Below are positions 51,200 through 63,704 of a stretch of DNA of 64,000 bases, piece after piece. Source of the DNA: Narcine bancroftii. Lineage: Eukaryota. The stretch is from the NCBI RefSeq assembly GCF_036971445.1, contig NC_091480.1, positions 99,634,001-99,698,000 on the forward strand. Reading direction: 5' to 3'. The notes under the pieces were generated by a model. That model was not told where the DNA came from. It worked only from the letters and a program-made list of their open reading frames with translations, and did no database searches. A program made the position numbers and the translations under genes. Each line of letters starts with the position of its first letter. Positions within the stretch are counted from its first letter, which is position 1.

Positions 51200-51585
51200 C
51201 CAAGTCAAAGGGGTGGCCATGGGGCCCAGCTTGGCCTGTCGTCTTGTGGGCTCTGTGGAGCAGTCTATGCTACATGCCTACACAGGCAAGGCGCCTCATT
51301 ATTTTGTGTTACATTGATGACTACATTGGCACTCCCTCTTATATCCATGGTGAGTTCGTCAACTTCATCCATTTTGTGGCCACACCTCCACCCTGATATC
51401 AGATTTACTCTTGGTCCACATCTGCTAGATCTCTCCTCTTTCTTGATCTCTCTGTCTCCATTTTGGGAGACAAACTATCTGCCGGCATCTTTCATAAACC
51501 CATTAATTCCCACACTAACCTCAACTACACTTCTTCACACCCTGCCTCCTGCAAGGATTCTACTTTCAATTTCAGTCACATCTGC
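51200..51585 (+). mobile_element. Penelope-like RT fragment
   Basis: QVKGVAMGPS...EQSML.AYTGKAP...YIDDYIG. Confidence 0.75.
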
Positions 51586-52379
51586 TTCCAGGAGGAGGTG
51601 GGTTGTGGGACCCAGGGAACGTTGGCAGCTTGGGTTCTGAGTTGGCTTGCTGCAGAAAGCAGATGGAATGTCATTCTGCCTGGAGGTCAGTGACCAGTGG
51701 AGTTCCGCAGGGATCTGTTTTGGGAGCCCTGTTCTTTGTGATCTTTATAAATGTTGCATGAAGATGTGGAGGGTAGGTCTGCAAGTTTGCAGATGATACA
51801 AAGGTTGGATGTGTTGCAGGGGTCCTTGATTTGGCACATCACAGGGCTGTAGGTGTGGGAATGGCATGTGGAATAAAAGAACATGTCAGCTCAGGCCCAA
51901 AACATTGACTGCCTTTTATGTTGCGTGGCCTACTGAGTTCCTCCAGCATGTTTGTGCACGGTTCTCAACCCTAGCATCTGCAGTGATTCCTGTTTAACTT
52001 CATTTCCTAAACTGTGGTTTGATGGTGTCCGTGTAGACATTCCACTGCAGGTGGATGTTGTGTGGAACAATCTGTGCAAATTGCTCACCCTGCCACCAGA
52101 TGGACAGCGGAGTGGGTGCCTGCTGCACCTGGCCATACATGGCTGGGACTTCCAGTGGAGTCCCTGACACACTGTAGGTTCATTCTCAGCTCAGTGGAAG
52201 TGACAACAGGTCAAGTTTATTATCATCTGATTATACAACCTGACAAAACAGCATTAATGTTCACAGACAGAAAATGCAATCATGGGACAGGCTGGAAAGG
52301 ATGCAGAAAAGGTGAGAAAGTTCCCGGGGAGGGTGCGGCGGTACGACCTGCTGACCTGCTGTCCTGCTTGAAGCGAGAA

Positions 52380-53235
52380 ATGTGGACAATACCGTCATCT
52401 GGTGTCTGAGTCCGCAAACTGCAAGTGCCTACATGTGGACAATACTACCATCTGGTGTCGGGGTCCGCAAACTGCAAGTGACTACTTGTTGGGAACAATA
52501 CCGCCATCTGGTGTCCGAATGAGCAAATTGCAAGTGTCTTCATGTTGGGGACAATACCGCCATCTGGTGTCTGAATGAGCAAATTGCAAGTGCCCACATG
52601 TTGGGGACAATACCGCCATCTGGTGTCAGAATGAGCAAATTGCAAGTGCCCACATGTTGGGGACAATACCGCCATCTGGTGTCACAATGAGCAAATTGCA
52701 AGTACCCACATGTTGGAGACAATACCGCCATCTGGTGGCAAGGTGAGCAAATTGTCAATGCCCTCATGTTGGGGACAATACCGCCATCTGGTGTCAGAAT
52801 GAGCAAATTGCAAGTGCCCACATGTTGGGGACAATACCGCCATCTGGTGTCAGAATGAGCAAATTGCAAGTGCCCACATGTTGGGGACAATACCGCCATC
52901 TGGTGTCAGAATGAGCAAATTGCAAGTGCCCACATGTTGGGGACAATACCGCCATCTGGTGGCAAGGTGAGCAAATTGTCAATGCCCTCATGTTGGGGAC
53001 AATACCGCCATCTGGTGTCAGAGTGAGCAAATTGCCAATGCCCTCATGTTCCGGACAATACCGCCATCTGGTGTCAGAGTGAGCAAATTACAAGTGCCTA
53101 CATGTTGGGTACAATACTGCCATCTGGTGTTGGCGTCAGGAATCTTCAAGTACCCACATGTTGAGGGCAACACCGCCATCCGGTGGCGGGGTGGGCAAAC
53201 TGCAGCAGCTGTAAGGTGCTGCCATCTCGTGTTCT
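52380..53235 (-). repeat. 56-bp minisatellite, ~15 copies, each with a CTCF-like motif
   Basis: Unit acaataccgccatctggtgtcagaatgagcaaattgcaagtgcccacatgttgggg (period 52551->52607); minus strand reads (A/C)CACCAGATGGCGG. Confidence 0.92.
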
Positions 53236-53689
53236 AACATTGTACTACATGTTGATCTATTTAGACATTCAGGCCTTTCAGCCCACAAAGTCGTGCCGAA
53301 TATGTCCCTACCTTATATTACTAAGCTTTCCTATAGCCTTCTATTTTTCTAAGCTCCATGTACCTATTAAAAACACATCCACCTCTACCTCCGTTGCCAG
53401 CTGTCAATTCCACACGCCCAACACTCTCTGCAGGAAAAACCTGCTTGTATTCTCTTGTGACCATCATTTCAGCCCCTGGGAAAATCTCTCCACACAATCA
53501 ATGCCTCATCATCATGTCACCTCTCATCCTCTGCAGCTCCAAGGAGAATTATTTTCTCTGCCCTGCTTGGAATCTCTACTTTGGAACATGGAGTGGGAGT
53601 CTGGTGTCAGACATGTGAAAGATGTAGTCCTCCCACCTGGAGGGTCAGTGCTTTGCATGTTGCTTTAGGAGATAGTGACATTGGTTCAC

Positions 53690-56225
53690 TTACCCTGCCA
53701 ATGGATCTGGAGGACTTGGTGTTCTCTGTTTCTGTTCTGAGAAGATAGCTGTAATTTGGTAAAAATATACAGGAGACTTGTATATCCACAACTGAAATGA
53801 AGAAGTTTATGGATTCTTTCCAACAAACTTTGTCACAGTTAACAATAGAAGTTTAAAATTGAAAATAACGGTTCTACGAAGAAGGTTGTCTCAAATGGAG
53901 CAAAAATTTGAAGTGAGGTAATGAATTTGAAATTCAGCATGTTAAAGAGCAAATGAAGAAAGTTAACTCAAAATTGATATGTTAGAAAATTTTAGAAGAA
54001 GAAATAATATAGAAATTGGTGGACTTCAGGAAGGTGACGGAGTGGAAGATATGAAGAGATTTTTATAACGTTGGATTCTGCAAACTTTGGGGGTAACTGA
54101 ATTTCAAGGAAATATTGAGATTGAAAAAGCTCATCAAGCATTTTGACCTAAGCCACAGCCAAATCAGAAGCCACGTTCAATTCTGGTCAAGTTGCTTCAT
54201 TATGAAGTGAGGGAGAAGATCTTGGAGCTGGCTGCAAAGCAAACGAAGGAGAGACAATCGCCATTGATTTATAATGATAAGGTTTTCTTTTATCCTGATA
54301 TAAGTTTTGATTTGTTTAAAAAAAGAAATGAATTTAATGCTGTTAAAAAATGTGTTCTGGAAAAAAGGCTACACTTTTGTTTTAAGGCAGTGTTAAAAGG
54401 TTTTGTTCCAGAGGGCAAAAACAGATTTTTTTTACGGAACCCAATGAAGTAAAAGTGTTTGCAGGTTCGTAGCCTGAGAAAATGAGATGAGAACTGGGAG
54501 ATATTTGAAGAGAGAGGAAGTGGAAAGATTGCAGTTGGGGATGTATAATGAAATTATATAAGTTTAGGAGGAGAGAGAATATTAGAGAGGACAATTTCTA
54601 CCCAATAGATCTGTTTTTTTTTTAAATTGATCATTGTAAGTTTGAGGAATAAGAGATAGTAAAATTTTGGGGGAGTTGGGTGAGAGAATGAGCCTGGCCT
54701 CCGCTGAATCTAGTGAGTGGGTGTGGTTTTCAATCACAACTCTTATAGATCAGGGGTGTAAAGACACACTGTTAATAACATGGGGGGAGGGGAATGGGGT
54801 TTCAGTTATTTTCTTTGTTTCCTTTCTTTTTTCTCTTTAATGCACCTAAATTTAATGATTGATTTATGAAATATTTAGTTCATATTTTGGATGTAGGAGG
54901 AGTGGAGATGGAAAATTGGATGGTTATTGGATTTTATGAGAGTTTAGATGGCTGATAAATTGAATTTTATTAGTATTAATATTAATGGGATTCAGAATCA
55001 AATAAAGCAGAAAAAATTATTAGTTTATATGAAAAAAATTAAAACAGACATAGCTTTTTTTACAAGAAACACATTTTTTTTTAAAATTTTTTATTTTTCA
55101 CACCATAAACCACATTAACCATGATACATACTTTTTCCTTTTCAAATATATACAGTGCCATTTTCTCCCCCCTCCCTCCTCCCATCCCACCCTCCCTACC
55201 TCCCCCCTCCCGTCCATTTAAAGTACAAAATCTAGGATACATTTGATGGAAAACGAACATCAAAAATTAAAGAGATTGGGTAGGGACAGTAATAGCATCA
55301 TCTTTTAATGCTAAGGCTAGAGGCATAGTAATATTAATTAATAAATATTTACCAGTTAAAATATCAGATATTAGTATAGATGTAGCAGGAAGAAACATTA
55401 GGGTAAATTGCAAGATTTATTTGCAACAATGGACCTTAATAAATGTACATGCACCAAATGTAGATGATGGCAAATTTATGCAATGTCCTTCATGAATTTA
55501 TGAAATGCCAAGGGAAAAGTTATATTGGGAGGGGATTTTAGTTTTGCTTTGGACCCAAAATTAGATCAATTGGGAGATAAAACAGTGAAAAATAAGGTAG
55601 CAAAATGGTAACAGATTTGATTAAAGCTATGGATTTAGTGAATATTTGAAGAAAAATCCACCCAAATGAAAGAGATTATTCTCTTTCTTCTTTTCGATTT
55701 AAAGCATATTCATGGATACATACGTTTTTAATTTCTGCACAATTTCACGACGAAGAGTGGAATATCAAGTGAGGGTTTTATCAGATCATTCACCTTTAAT
55801 TTTGTTTATTTCATTTGGAAGAACAAAAGATAAGTTATAGATGGAGGTTAAATACCACTTTGTATATGAGGCAACAGATAAACATTTTTCTAGATAGTAA
55901 TGAAGATTCAGTTGTGAGTAAGTTTACATCATGGGATTCTATGAAGGCATATTTGAGAGGTCAAATAATAAGTTATACTTCAAAAATAAAGAGAATATAT
56001 GAAAGTAGTTCAATTAGATAAATAAAGAATGAAGCTGGTGAAGGAAATTCAAGTACATAAAGATGAGAAGAGAAAATTGTTGAAGAAATTAAGCCAATAC
56101 TGTGCAGACTTATAAAGTGCATGGCAACTAAAAATGGAACAGATTTCTAGGACAGTAATTGCAACTAAGAAATTATCAGGTCCGATAACATAAAATGCAG
56201 AAAATAAATGATAATTTTAAAGACT
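53690..56225 (+). mobile_element. Second, older L1-clade LINE (ORF1 + endonuclease), 3'-truncated
   Basis: IDMLENFRRRNNI, FFYPDISFDL, ININGIQ, QETHL, SDHSPL, WDSMKAYLRGQIISY. Confidence 0.8.
55077..55238 (-). mobile_element. Short L1 3'-end insertion (poly-A tail) in antisense inside the older L1
   Basis: Minus strand ends in AATAAA and an A-tail; shares gggagaaaatg.cactgt.tatattt with 40658-40683; TSD acattt at 55071-55076 and 55239-55244 splits the QETHL codons. Confidence 0.8.
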
Positions 56226-56261
56226 TGATCGTTCAGAGTCTATCCCCCTCATAATGTTAAA

Positions 56262-57796
56262 TGTAGTCACATCCAAATATCTCACAGATCAGACTTCACC
56301 CCTCCACATTAAGAAGAACTGGGTCTCTATTACGTTGTGTCTAAACAGCAATCCAGGCTGACTCCATGAACCAAGACACTTCAGTGTGTAACACTGTGGA
56401 GGGAGTGGGAGCTGTGATCTCAACCCATCTGGCAGGGGATCCTTCTGGAACACTTTAAAGATGAAGAATGGGCTGGAGACAGAAAGATTGAGGTGTTCCA
56501 ATTGCCTTGGGTACTGCAGCCAGCAAGGGAACAAAGACTGATCTGTGAATTGAACTCTGAAGGAAAATGCCGTGTTGTGGGAATATGTCACTTGGGGCTG
56601 AACAAGAACTGTGTATTTTCCGGCTGGAGAATCATAACACCAAACACAAAGTGTCACGGTCTTGGGTTGGGTTTGCAATTTGAGCATCAACAATGAGGGT
56701 CTGTAACGCACTCTGGTGAATCAGATCCAGCCTGTGAATACCAGGGCCAATGTTAAATGAAAGGTGAAAGTCTGCAGATGCTGTAATTGTAGCAGAAACG
56801 CTGGAAGAACTCAGCAGCCATTGGAGGTAAAGATTTCTTTCTGACGTATCCGGTCTGAGCCCTTGTTGTTAAATTCTCCCTTCGTGATTGGTTCAACGCT
56901 GAAACTAGGAGGGTGACTTAATGAGGATGCTTTTCAGACTGGCTTTAATCTTTCAGCTTACTCATCAGTGGGCAGGGGCGATTAATGACATGCCTCTTTG
57001 CAGCAGATGCAATTGCATTTAATTAAAGTAAATGCAGTAATTCCACCAACAGACGGGAAAGGGTAGCTGCTGGGAGCCAGACAGCAGTGCCCGCCAGCCA
57101 CTATATTCAGTGCCACCCAACCACAGTGCAAGGGAACTGCTCCACAACATGTGACACAGACCATGACATAGGCAGAGATGTGCACCCCACGCGTCACATT
57201 CAGTGACACACATTGTGCAAAGGCAATTCTGTGCAGCATTCTCAGTCCCTCCAGCAGGTTTCACTTTGAACAGCTAACAACCGTGCTGGAGAAACTCAGC
57301 CGGTCACACAGCATCTATAGAAAGTAAAGGGTCACCAACATTTCAGCCTTGAGCCCTTCAACAAGGTATGAGGAGAAAGCAGGCCGGCACTTGGATAAAA
57401 TGGTGCAGAGGGATGAGGGGAGGGGCACAGGCTAATGGGTAAGAGGTCATAGGTGGATACAGATGGGAGGGCAGCTCTGACAGGAGAGGGAAGGGGGTGG
57501 GAGCTGGAAGAAAGAAGACAGGAGAGGGAAACAGGGACTCGGGGGAAGTTGGAGAAGTTGATGTTAATGGTGTCCAGTTGAAGAGAGTCTCCAGCTTGTA
57601 GTGACGTCCAAATATCTCACAGATCAGACTTCACCCCTCCACATTAAGAAGAACTGGGTCTCTATCACGTTGTGTCTACACAGCAATCCAGCCTGGCTCC
57701 TTGAACCAAAACACTTCAGTGTGTAACACTGCAGAGGGAGTGGGAGCTGTGATCACAACCCATCAGGCAGGGGAGCCTTCTGGAACACTTTAAAGA
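56262..57796. repeat. Dispersed ~200-bp direct duplication (56262-56461 and 57597-57796)
   Basis: tccaaatatctcacagatcagacttcacccctccacattaagaagaactgggtctc...ggaacactttaaaga occurs twice, roughly 90% identical by eye. Confidence 0.9.
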
Positions 57797-59729
57797 CAAA
57801 GAAAGATTTATGGCCGAAGAAGGAGGATGAAGTGAACATGGGGTGCCCAAGAGGACAGAACTGGAGGAATGGTATGTTCCTGTGGGCTGGAGAGAGCAGG
57901 TGAGGGGGTGGGCGGGGGAAGAGAAACAGAAAGGGTCAAGGTCATGGGAGCTGGAGGAAGTGGGGAACTGAGAGGATCAACACCATGAAAAAACTCCATC
58001 ACAATAATGAACATTTTAAAACTGAGTTGGTGACAATCGGGATGAAACATGCCAACAAGGTCAGTGGGAACGGTGAATGGGGCGAGGATGTGTTTACATG
58101 GAAGGTGGAACATGGTCAGTTAGCCACAGGAGAACTAGAACAGTCTTTAATCAAATGAACTTTCCAAGCACAAGTTCGTCAGTTGATACTATTTCTCTTG
58201 TGTAAACCTTGACGAGGTCCTCTGTGGCCAAGCATTAATCTCGCATTATGTTTCTACATTTTTTAATGACATTGTATATTATTTGTATATGACCAGGACT
58301 TGAATCTACTCAATCATTGAATATCTGCTCTGCCTTCAGACTAATTTAACTAGGTTTCAGTATGTTTAAAATAAAAGATTCCTGGAACAATTGGCAGGTC
58401 TGGCAGTGCCTGTAGCTCGGGGAACAGAATAAATCTTTTGGGGAGACAAACTTTATGGATGAGCTGAAATGTTATCTGTGCTTCACACTTCAGGGAGCCG
58501 GATGACTCAATATGTCCTGTTTTATATCAGTATGTCCTGTCCCTGGTCCTTAATGGGATTCTTTTACAGTCTGTCATGTTTAGAGGAATAACCAAAACAT
58601 TTGTGGAATGTGAGAGAGTGAGTTGTGTCGTGGAATTGTAACAAATTGCAAGGACATAGATTCCAGCCTAAGTTCATTTTTAATGGTGTGGACTCTGCAC
58701 ATAAAAATCCAGCGACCTGTTGCTGAAGAAAGAGGAGGGCCTCGAGAAAGGGTCCTGAGCCACAAGGTTGCCTGTTCATCTCTCTCTCCACAGATGCTGC
58801 CTGACCCGCTGAGGCCCTCCTGCTTCTTGTTGCTGTTGAAGAAAGGTTCAGACAGTGGGCTGAGACCCAGTCATCCTGGCCCTAACTCTCAGCACAAACT
58901 GGAAGAGGTCTTGTCTTCATTGTTAGCATCAGAGGGAAGTCTGACCTGGACCCCTGTGCAGCATCAGGAGCTGGTGGGCTTTGCAAACACGGACATATCA
59001 GCCATGGGGACCACCATCAAAGATGTGGTCTTCAGCAGAAGGATATTGTTAGCATCAGTCTACCCTTAATTTTCAAACCTAGTTTTTTATCATGGTTGAA
59101 GTTCTGTTTGGATTCACTTTGTGGAATCTGGGCAATGCTAACCACATTGCCCATCTCTTATTGCCCTTGGGGAGGGGGTGTACACTCACACAGTCATGTG
59201 GAACAAAAGCAAGCCCTGTCTGTGCCAAGCATTAAATGTCCCTCTAATACTCCCAGTGACCAGCACTTGATCTGTAAATTTCTATTCTGTGTTGATCCCT
59301 GGGCCAACTCCCTCCCTGACAAGTTGATTCTTCTGCTCAGTGGGCAATTCCCAGCAGCCAATTCACCTCCAAAACCAGCACATCCTTAGGAGGCATGAGG
59401 GAACCGGAACAGCTGGGGACAGCACCACAGAACTGATGCTGGCTCTTGAGTCGTGAGACAGCAGGATTAACTGCTCCACATGTCCAGGCTACTCTGTGCC
59501 TTAATGAAGATTTACACTGTCCACCAGTGAAGGTAAATGCATTGGCCACGATTTCTACATTCTCCCTTTTTATGCAATGGTCCTTCCCTCAGCCACCACA
59601 GAGGAATGTTGTGAGAATCTCAGCAATTGACTTCTTTGCTCTTTTTAACAACATGGAGAATATTTTATCTGGATCTGTTTTGAGGATAGGAGTTGGGAGG
59701 TTGTGGTGAAGTTGAAACTATGAGGCCAA

Positions 59730-60145
59730 ATGTGGAGAATCGTTTTGGTCACCGAACTACAGGAAAGATTTCAATAAGATAGAAAGTGCAGAGAAGATTT
59801 ACTAGGATGTTGCCTGGACTTCAGGAACTGAATTACAGGGAAAGGTTAAAAGAACTTTATTCCCTGGAGCCTACAAGAATGAGGGGAGATTTGGGAATAG
59901 AGGTATTTCGATTTGTGAGGGGGACAGACAGAGTAAATTTAGGTCGGCTTTTTTCACTGAGGGCAGGTGAGATACAAACCAGAGGACATGAGTTAAGGGT
60001 GAATGTGGGCTCAATTTTTTACATTAAGAAAAATTTGGGCAGGTACATGGATGGGAGGGGTGTGGAGGGCTAAGGTCCAGGTGCTGGTCAGAGGGACTAG
60101 GCATAATAGGCCTGAAGGGCCTTTTTCTGTATTGTAATGTTCTAT
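59730..60145 (+). mobile_element. CR1 LINE 3' fragment
   Basis: VQRRFTRMLPGLQELNYRERL..LYSLE..RMRGDL. Confidence 0.8.
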
Positions 60146-61209
60146 GTGAACTCTCACTCCATTTACCTTCTCATGGTGCTGGTAATGTACCCAATTCACG
60201 TCTTTTGTTGAAAATTTGACTCCTTTTCAAAGATCTCAGCTGGCTTATTCTGAATTCTCTTCCCATCTTGCTAACCATCCTTTACTGGCTCCAACAATCC
60301 TCAGCAATTTTATTTAATTTTTGTGGCCAATTGCACAGCACAATCCAATCCTTTTCTCCAGAGAAACGAACATGAAAGATTCCTTTCGCTTTGAAACAAA
60401 AAAAAAATTACAGTTTGGATCTCAATTCCATTTTGAAGGTTATCATTGAATCTGTCTCAACAACAATTCTGGCAGTTTATTCCAGATTAAAGCAACCAAT
60501 TATTTTTTAAAAATACATCTATCCTTTGCTTTTATTTTAGCCAATTATCATCTTTTTTTTTCCTCCAGCTTCCACTGAAAAAATTTTTCCCCTCAAAACC
60601 TCATGTTCTGGAGTTCCTCGGTTTTTGAAGCTGTTTAACTTTGTGGAAGATACCCTGAGAAAGAAAACACGTCAAAGGAACTGTTCACACTAACCATCTG
60701 AGGCTCTCATATTCACAAAACAATAGTTATTTAACTGTATAGATGAATACTTGTCCTGTGTGTGTATTATGTCTGGTTGTGTGTCTCTGTGTTTTGCACT
60801 GAGGACCAGAGAAAGCTGCTTTGTTGGGTTGTACTTGTACAATCAGATGACAATAAACTTGTCTTAAAGTGACAATTAGTGTTTGATCGGTGGGACCAAA
60901 GGCAAAGTGCCGGAGGTGGGAAGGTCTTAGGTAGAGGTTTTATGAATTTTGAGTACATCAAAAGTATTAATAAGGGATTGAAGCAAAATGTTGAGTAGAA
61001 ACAGGAGCACGAATTTCCGCACTCCTCTTCCACCACAGCTGATTACCACAGCGCTGGTACCTTGCCTTACCCCTTCATTCCCTTAACATTTACAAACCTA
61101 TTGATCTCTGTCAAATATAGTACCTCATTTAGCCCAGCTCAACCATGCTGACTGCAGTGTCATTCCACACCGAGCCACTTACATTCAATCCATATCCCTC
61201 TGCTCCTCT

Positions 61210-61710
61210 CAGATTCAGATTGATGGTCAGAGTACATACATCACATACAACCCTGAGATCCTTTTTGCCGTAAGCCAGGCAGAATTACCACTATTGGCAA
61301 TGCAAAAAAAACATGACTTAGTGTACATGTAAACAAACTGCAATACAGAGAAAAAAAAATCAATAAAGTACAAAAGTATGAGTCCTTAAATGAGTCCCTG
61401 ACTGAGGTGGTTGTTGAAGAGTCTGATGGTGGAGGGGGAGCAGCTGTCCCTGAACCTGGTGGTGCGAGTCTTGTGGCACTGATCCCTTTTTCCTGATGAC
61501 AGCAGCGAGAACAGAGCGTGTGCTGGGTGTGGTGGGTCCTTGATGATTTCCTGCTGCTCTCTGACTGTAGATATTCTTGATGGTGGGGAGGGATTTTCTT
61601 GTGATGTTCTGGGCTGTGTCCACTACCTTCTGCAGGACTTTACACTCAGGGGTATTGGTGTCCCCAGGTGATGCAGTCGGTCAGCACACTTTCCACCACA
61701 CATCTGTAGA
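61210..61710 (-). mobile_element. Rex1/Babar-like LINE 3' fragment
   Basis: DTAQNITRKSLPTIKNIY C-terminus and aatctga-type tail. Confidence 0.65.
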
Positions 61711-62010
61711 AATCTCCTACCCATTACCTGTCCAAATGGTCTTTAAATATTGCTACAGTACCTGCCACCACCACCCTACAGCATGAGACACTTACCCTTC
61801 AGACCTTATTTAAGTTTCTGACCCTCACCTTAAACCTGTGCATCTCGTTCTAGACTTCCCTACCTCAGGGAAAATATTGACAACCTCATCTTCATGTGTA
61901 GTGACAGAGAGTGCAAAAGCCCTGACAACTTAACCCACACAAAGGTATAACAGGTGGTGTGAAGTAAAACTAAAGTTTTTCCAGAGAAAATGTTAAGTTG
62001 AGGTAAATTA

Positions 62011-62602
62011 CACCAGACCATGAAAATTTTGCTTCCCGAACACTCTGGGATTTATTTTATGGATTTTTGGCTGCTGATCATGAAAAACATTTTAAGGTTT
62101 TTCTATCATGTACCTTTTTTTTAAAGATATAACCTATTTTTGTGATTTCTTGTCATATTTTAACTCTGTCAAGCAGACAAAACTACAAAGTGCGACCCAT
62201 TTTCTGCGTTCGCCCTCGGACCTCATCCCTGCTGATCTTGGTGCCGTCAGTGACGAGCACGGTGAAAGGTTTCACCAGGACGTCGTGACCATGGAAAAGA
62301 GGGATCAGGGCAACTGGAATTCATCAATGCTGGCTGACTATTGTTGGACACTGACATGAGAGGCATCAGATGCCGAGTACAAATGAAAATTGTCGTTCGG
62401 TCATTTGAACTAATGTAATGTGTCCACATCATTATGCAATTAAAGAGGCTAAATTCAATACAAGTTGATTTAATGTTTCTCCAACTTTCGACGTGATCCA
62501 GGAAACCTGAAATTATCTTTGTGTTCAGCTTGAAATCATCTATCATAATTCCCGATTTTTTTCAGGAAGCCAAACCATTTGAAATAACATTGCTATTCAG
62601 TG
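62011..62602 (+). mobile_element. Chapaev3-type (CMC superfamily) DNA transposon, internally deleted
   Basis: HFLRS..D..PADLGAVSDEHGERFHQD..TMEKR.QG.W...MLADYCWTL transposase tail; CAC...GTG termini with a shared gcttcc.gaa subterminal motif; flanks tta/ttg. Confidence 0.7.
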
Positions 62603-63099
62603 TTGTCGGATAACGTCGGGAGAGAAAGGGTCTTGGAATCTGGCGGTGAAAGTTGTCACGTTCCCAGAGCCTTTCAGCACTGACCAGACCCGACTCGTCT
62701 TTACCTCTTGTGGACGCTGCGAGTCCGGCCGATTCCCCCAGCATTTCTGCGCTTCGACTCCAACCGCAGTGACTGCAGACTTCACTCCTCGTAGAAACTC
62801 AACGACTGAACCCTCAGCCTTCCCGCATTGAGAATTTAAAAAGATTTACTGGTCTCAAGGGGAGGACATTTCCCCTCATTGCAAGGCTGACAAAGCTTTT
62901 CTCTGGAGCAACAAAGATGAGGGATGGCCATGGAAGTGTAGGAGATGCTGAGGGGCAGCGCGAATATCAGAGGGCATCTGGTTTGAGGTGAGGGAAGGAA
63001 GATGGAGGGGAGATTTTCGAAACAGAGGGGTGGGGGCCTGGGATGGTGGTGGAGGCCAGGGTTACAAAGGTCAGCACAACATTGTGGGTTGAAGGGCCT

Positions 63100-63700
63100 G
63101 GACTGTATCTTGAGACCCCAGCGCCTGGGTCGACCCCCGCCCAGGGGAGACCTCAGCTGAGCAGCAGTGAATGTGAATGGGAGCGTTGAGGGGGGGGGGA
63201 GACGGGACCGGATGAAATTACTTTCATTCCAACCTCTCCTCATCTGGGACCGGCCCCTCCTTATAGAGAGTTGGGCGAACGAAAGCGGCCGGGTTAGAAG
63301 TAGCGGGCGGGGGCAGTTTGGGCGAGTGAGTCAGTCCCAGCTCCGACTCAGTGAGAGGAAGGAGCGGCCAACGCGGCCCCCAGCCCCGGCCCCCAGACCC
63401 CCGGCCCCGGCCCCCAGACCCCCGGCCCCGGCCCAGACCCCCGCCTGCAGGACCCAGACCCCGGCGCCGGGGTGCGGGAAGAAGGACTATGATCGGCAGC
63501 AGGTCCCGAGGATCGGAGGCCCGGGAGCAGGACGGAGACGTCGGCAGAATCGCCCTGAAAGCCTTCCAGAAAGTCGGTGAGAGCGGTCGTGTCGGGAGCG
63601 GGGAGGGAGAGATCGTCTCCGTGGAGCAAAGAAGGGGCTTCCCGGCACGTTTCCCCGTGACAGCTTCATCCCTGCGGCAGGCTGCGGGGCTTGGAGCTGA
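63100..63700 (+). promoter_or_regulatory. CpG-island promoter of a third, unidentified gene
   Basis: CpG-dense; GC box GGGCGGGGGC ~63305; AP-1 TGAGTCA 63327-63333; short 21-bp GC repeat 63378-63470. Confidence 0.65.
63489..63576 (+). CDS. Candidate first coding exon of an unidentified gene (MIGSRSRGSEAREQDGDVGRIALKAFQKV)
   Basis: ATG with A at -3 inside the CpG island, followed by donor-like G|gtgaga; protein not recognised. Confidence 0.3.
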
Positions 63701-63704
63701 GGAG

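Noticed and set aside
52380-53235. CRISPR array or repeat-protein ORFs
   Set aside because: Contiguous near-identical 56-bp units with no spacers; period not divisible by 3, so the ORFs are artefacts
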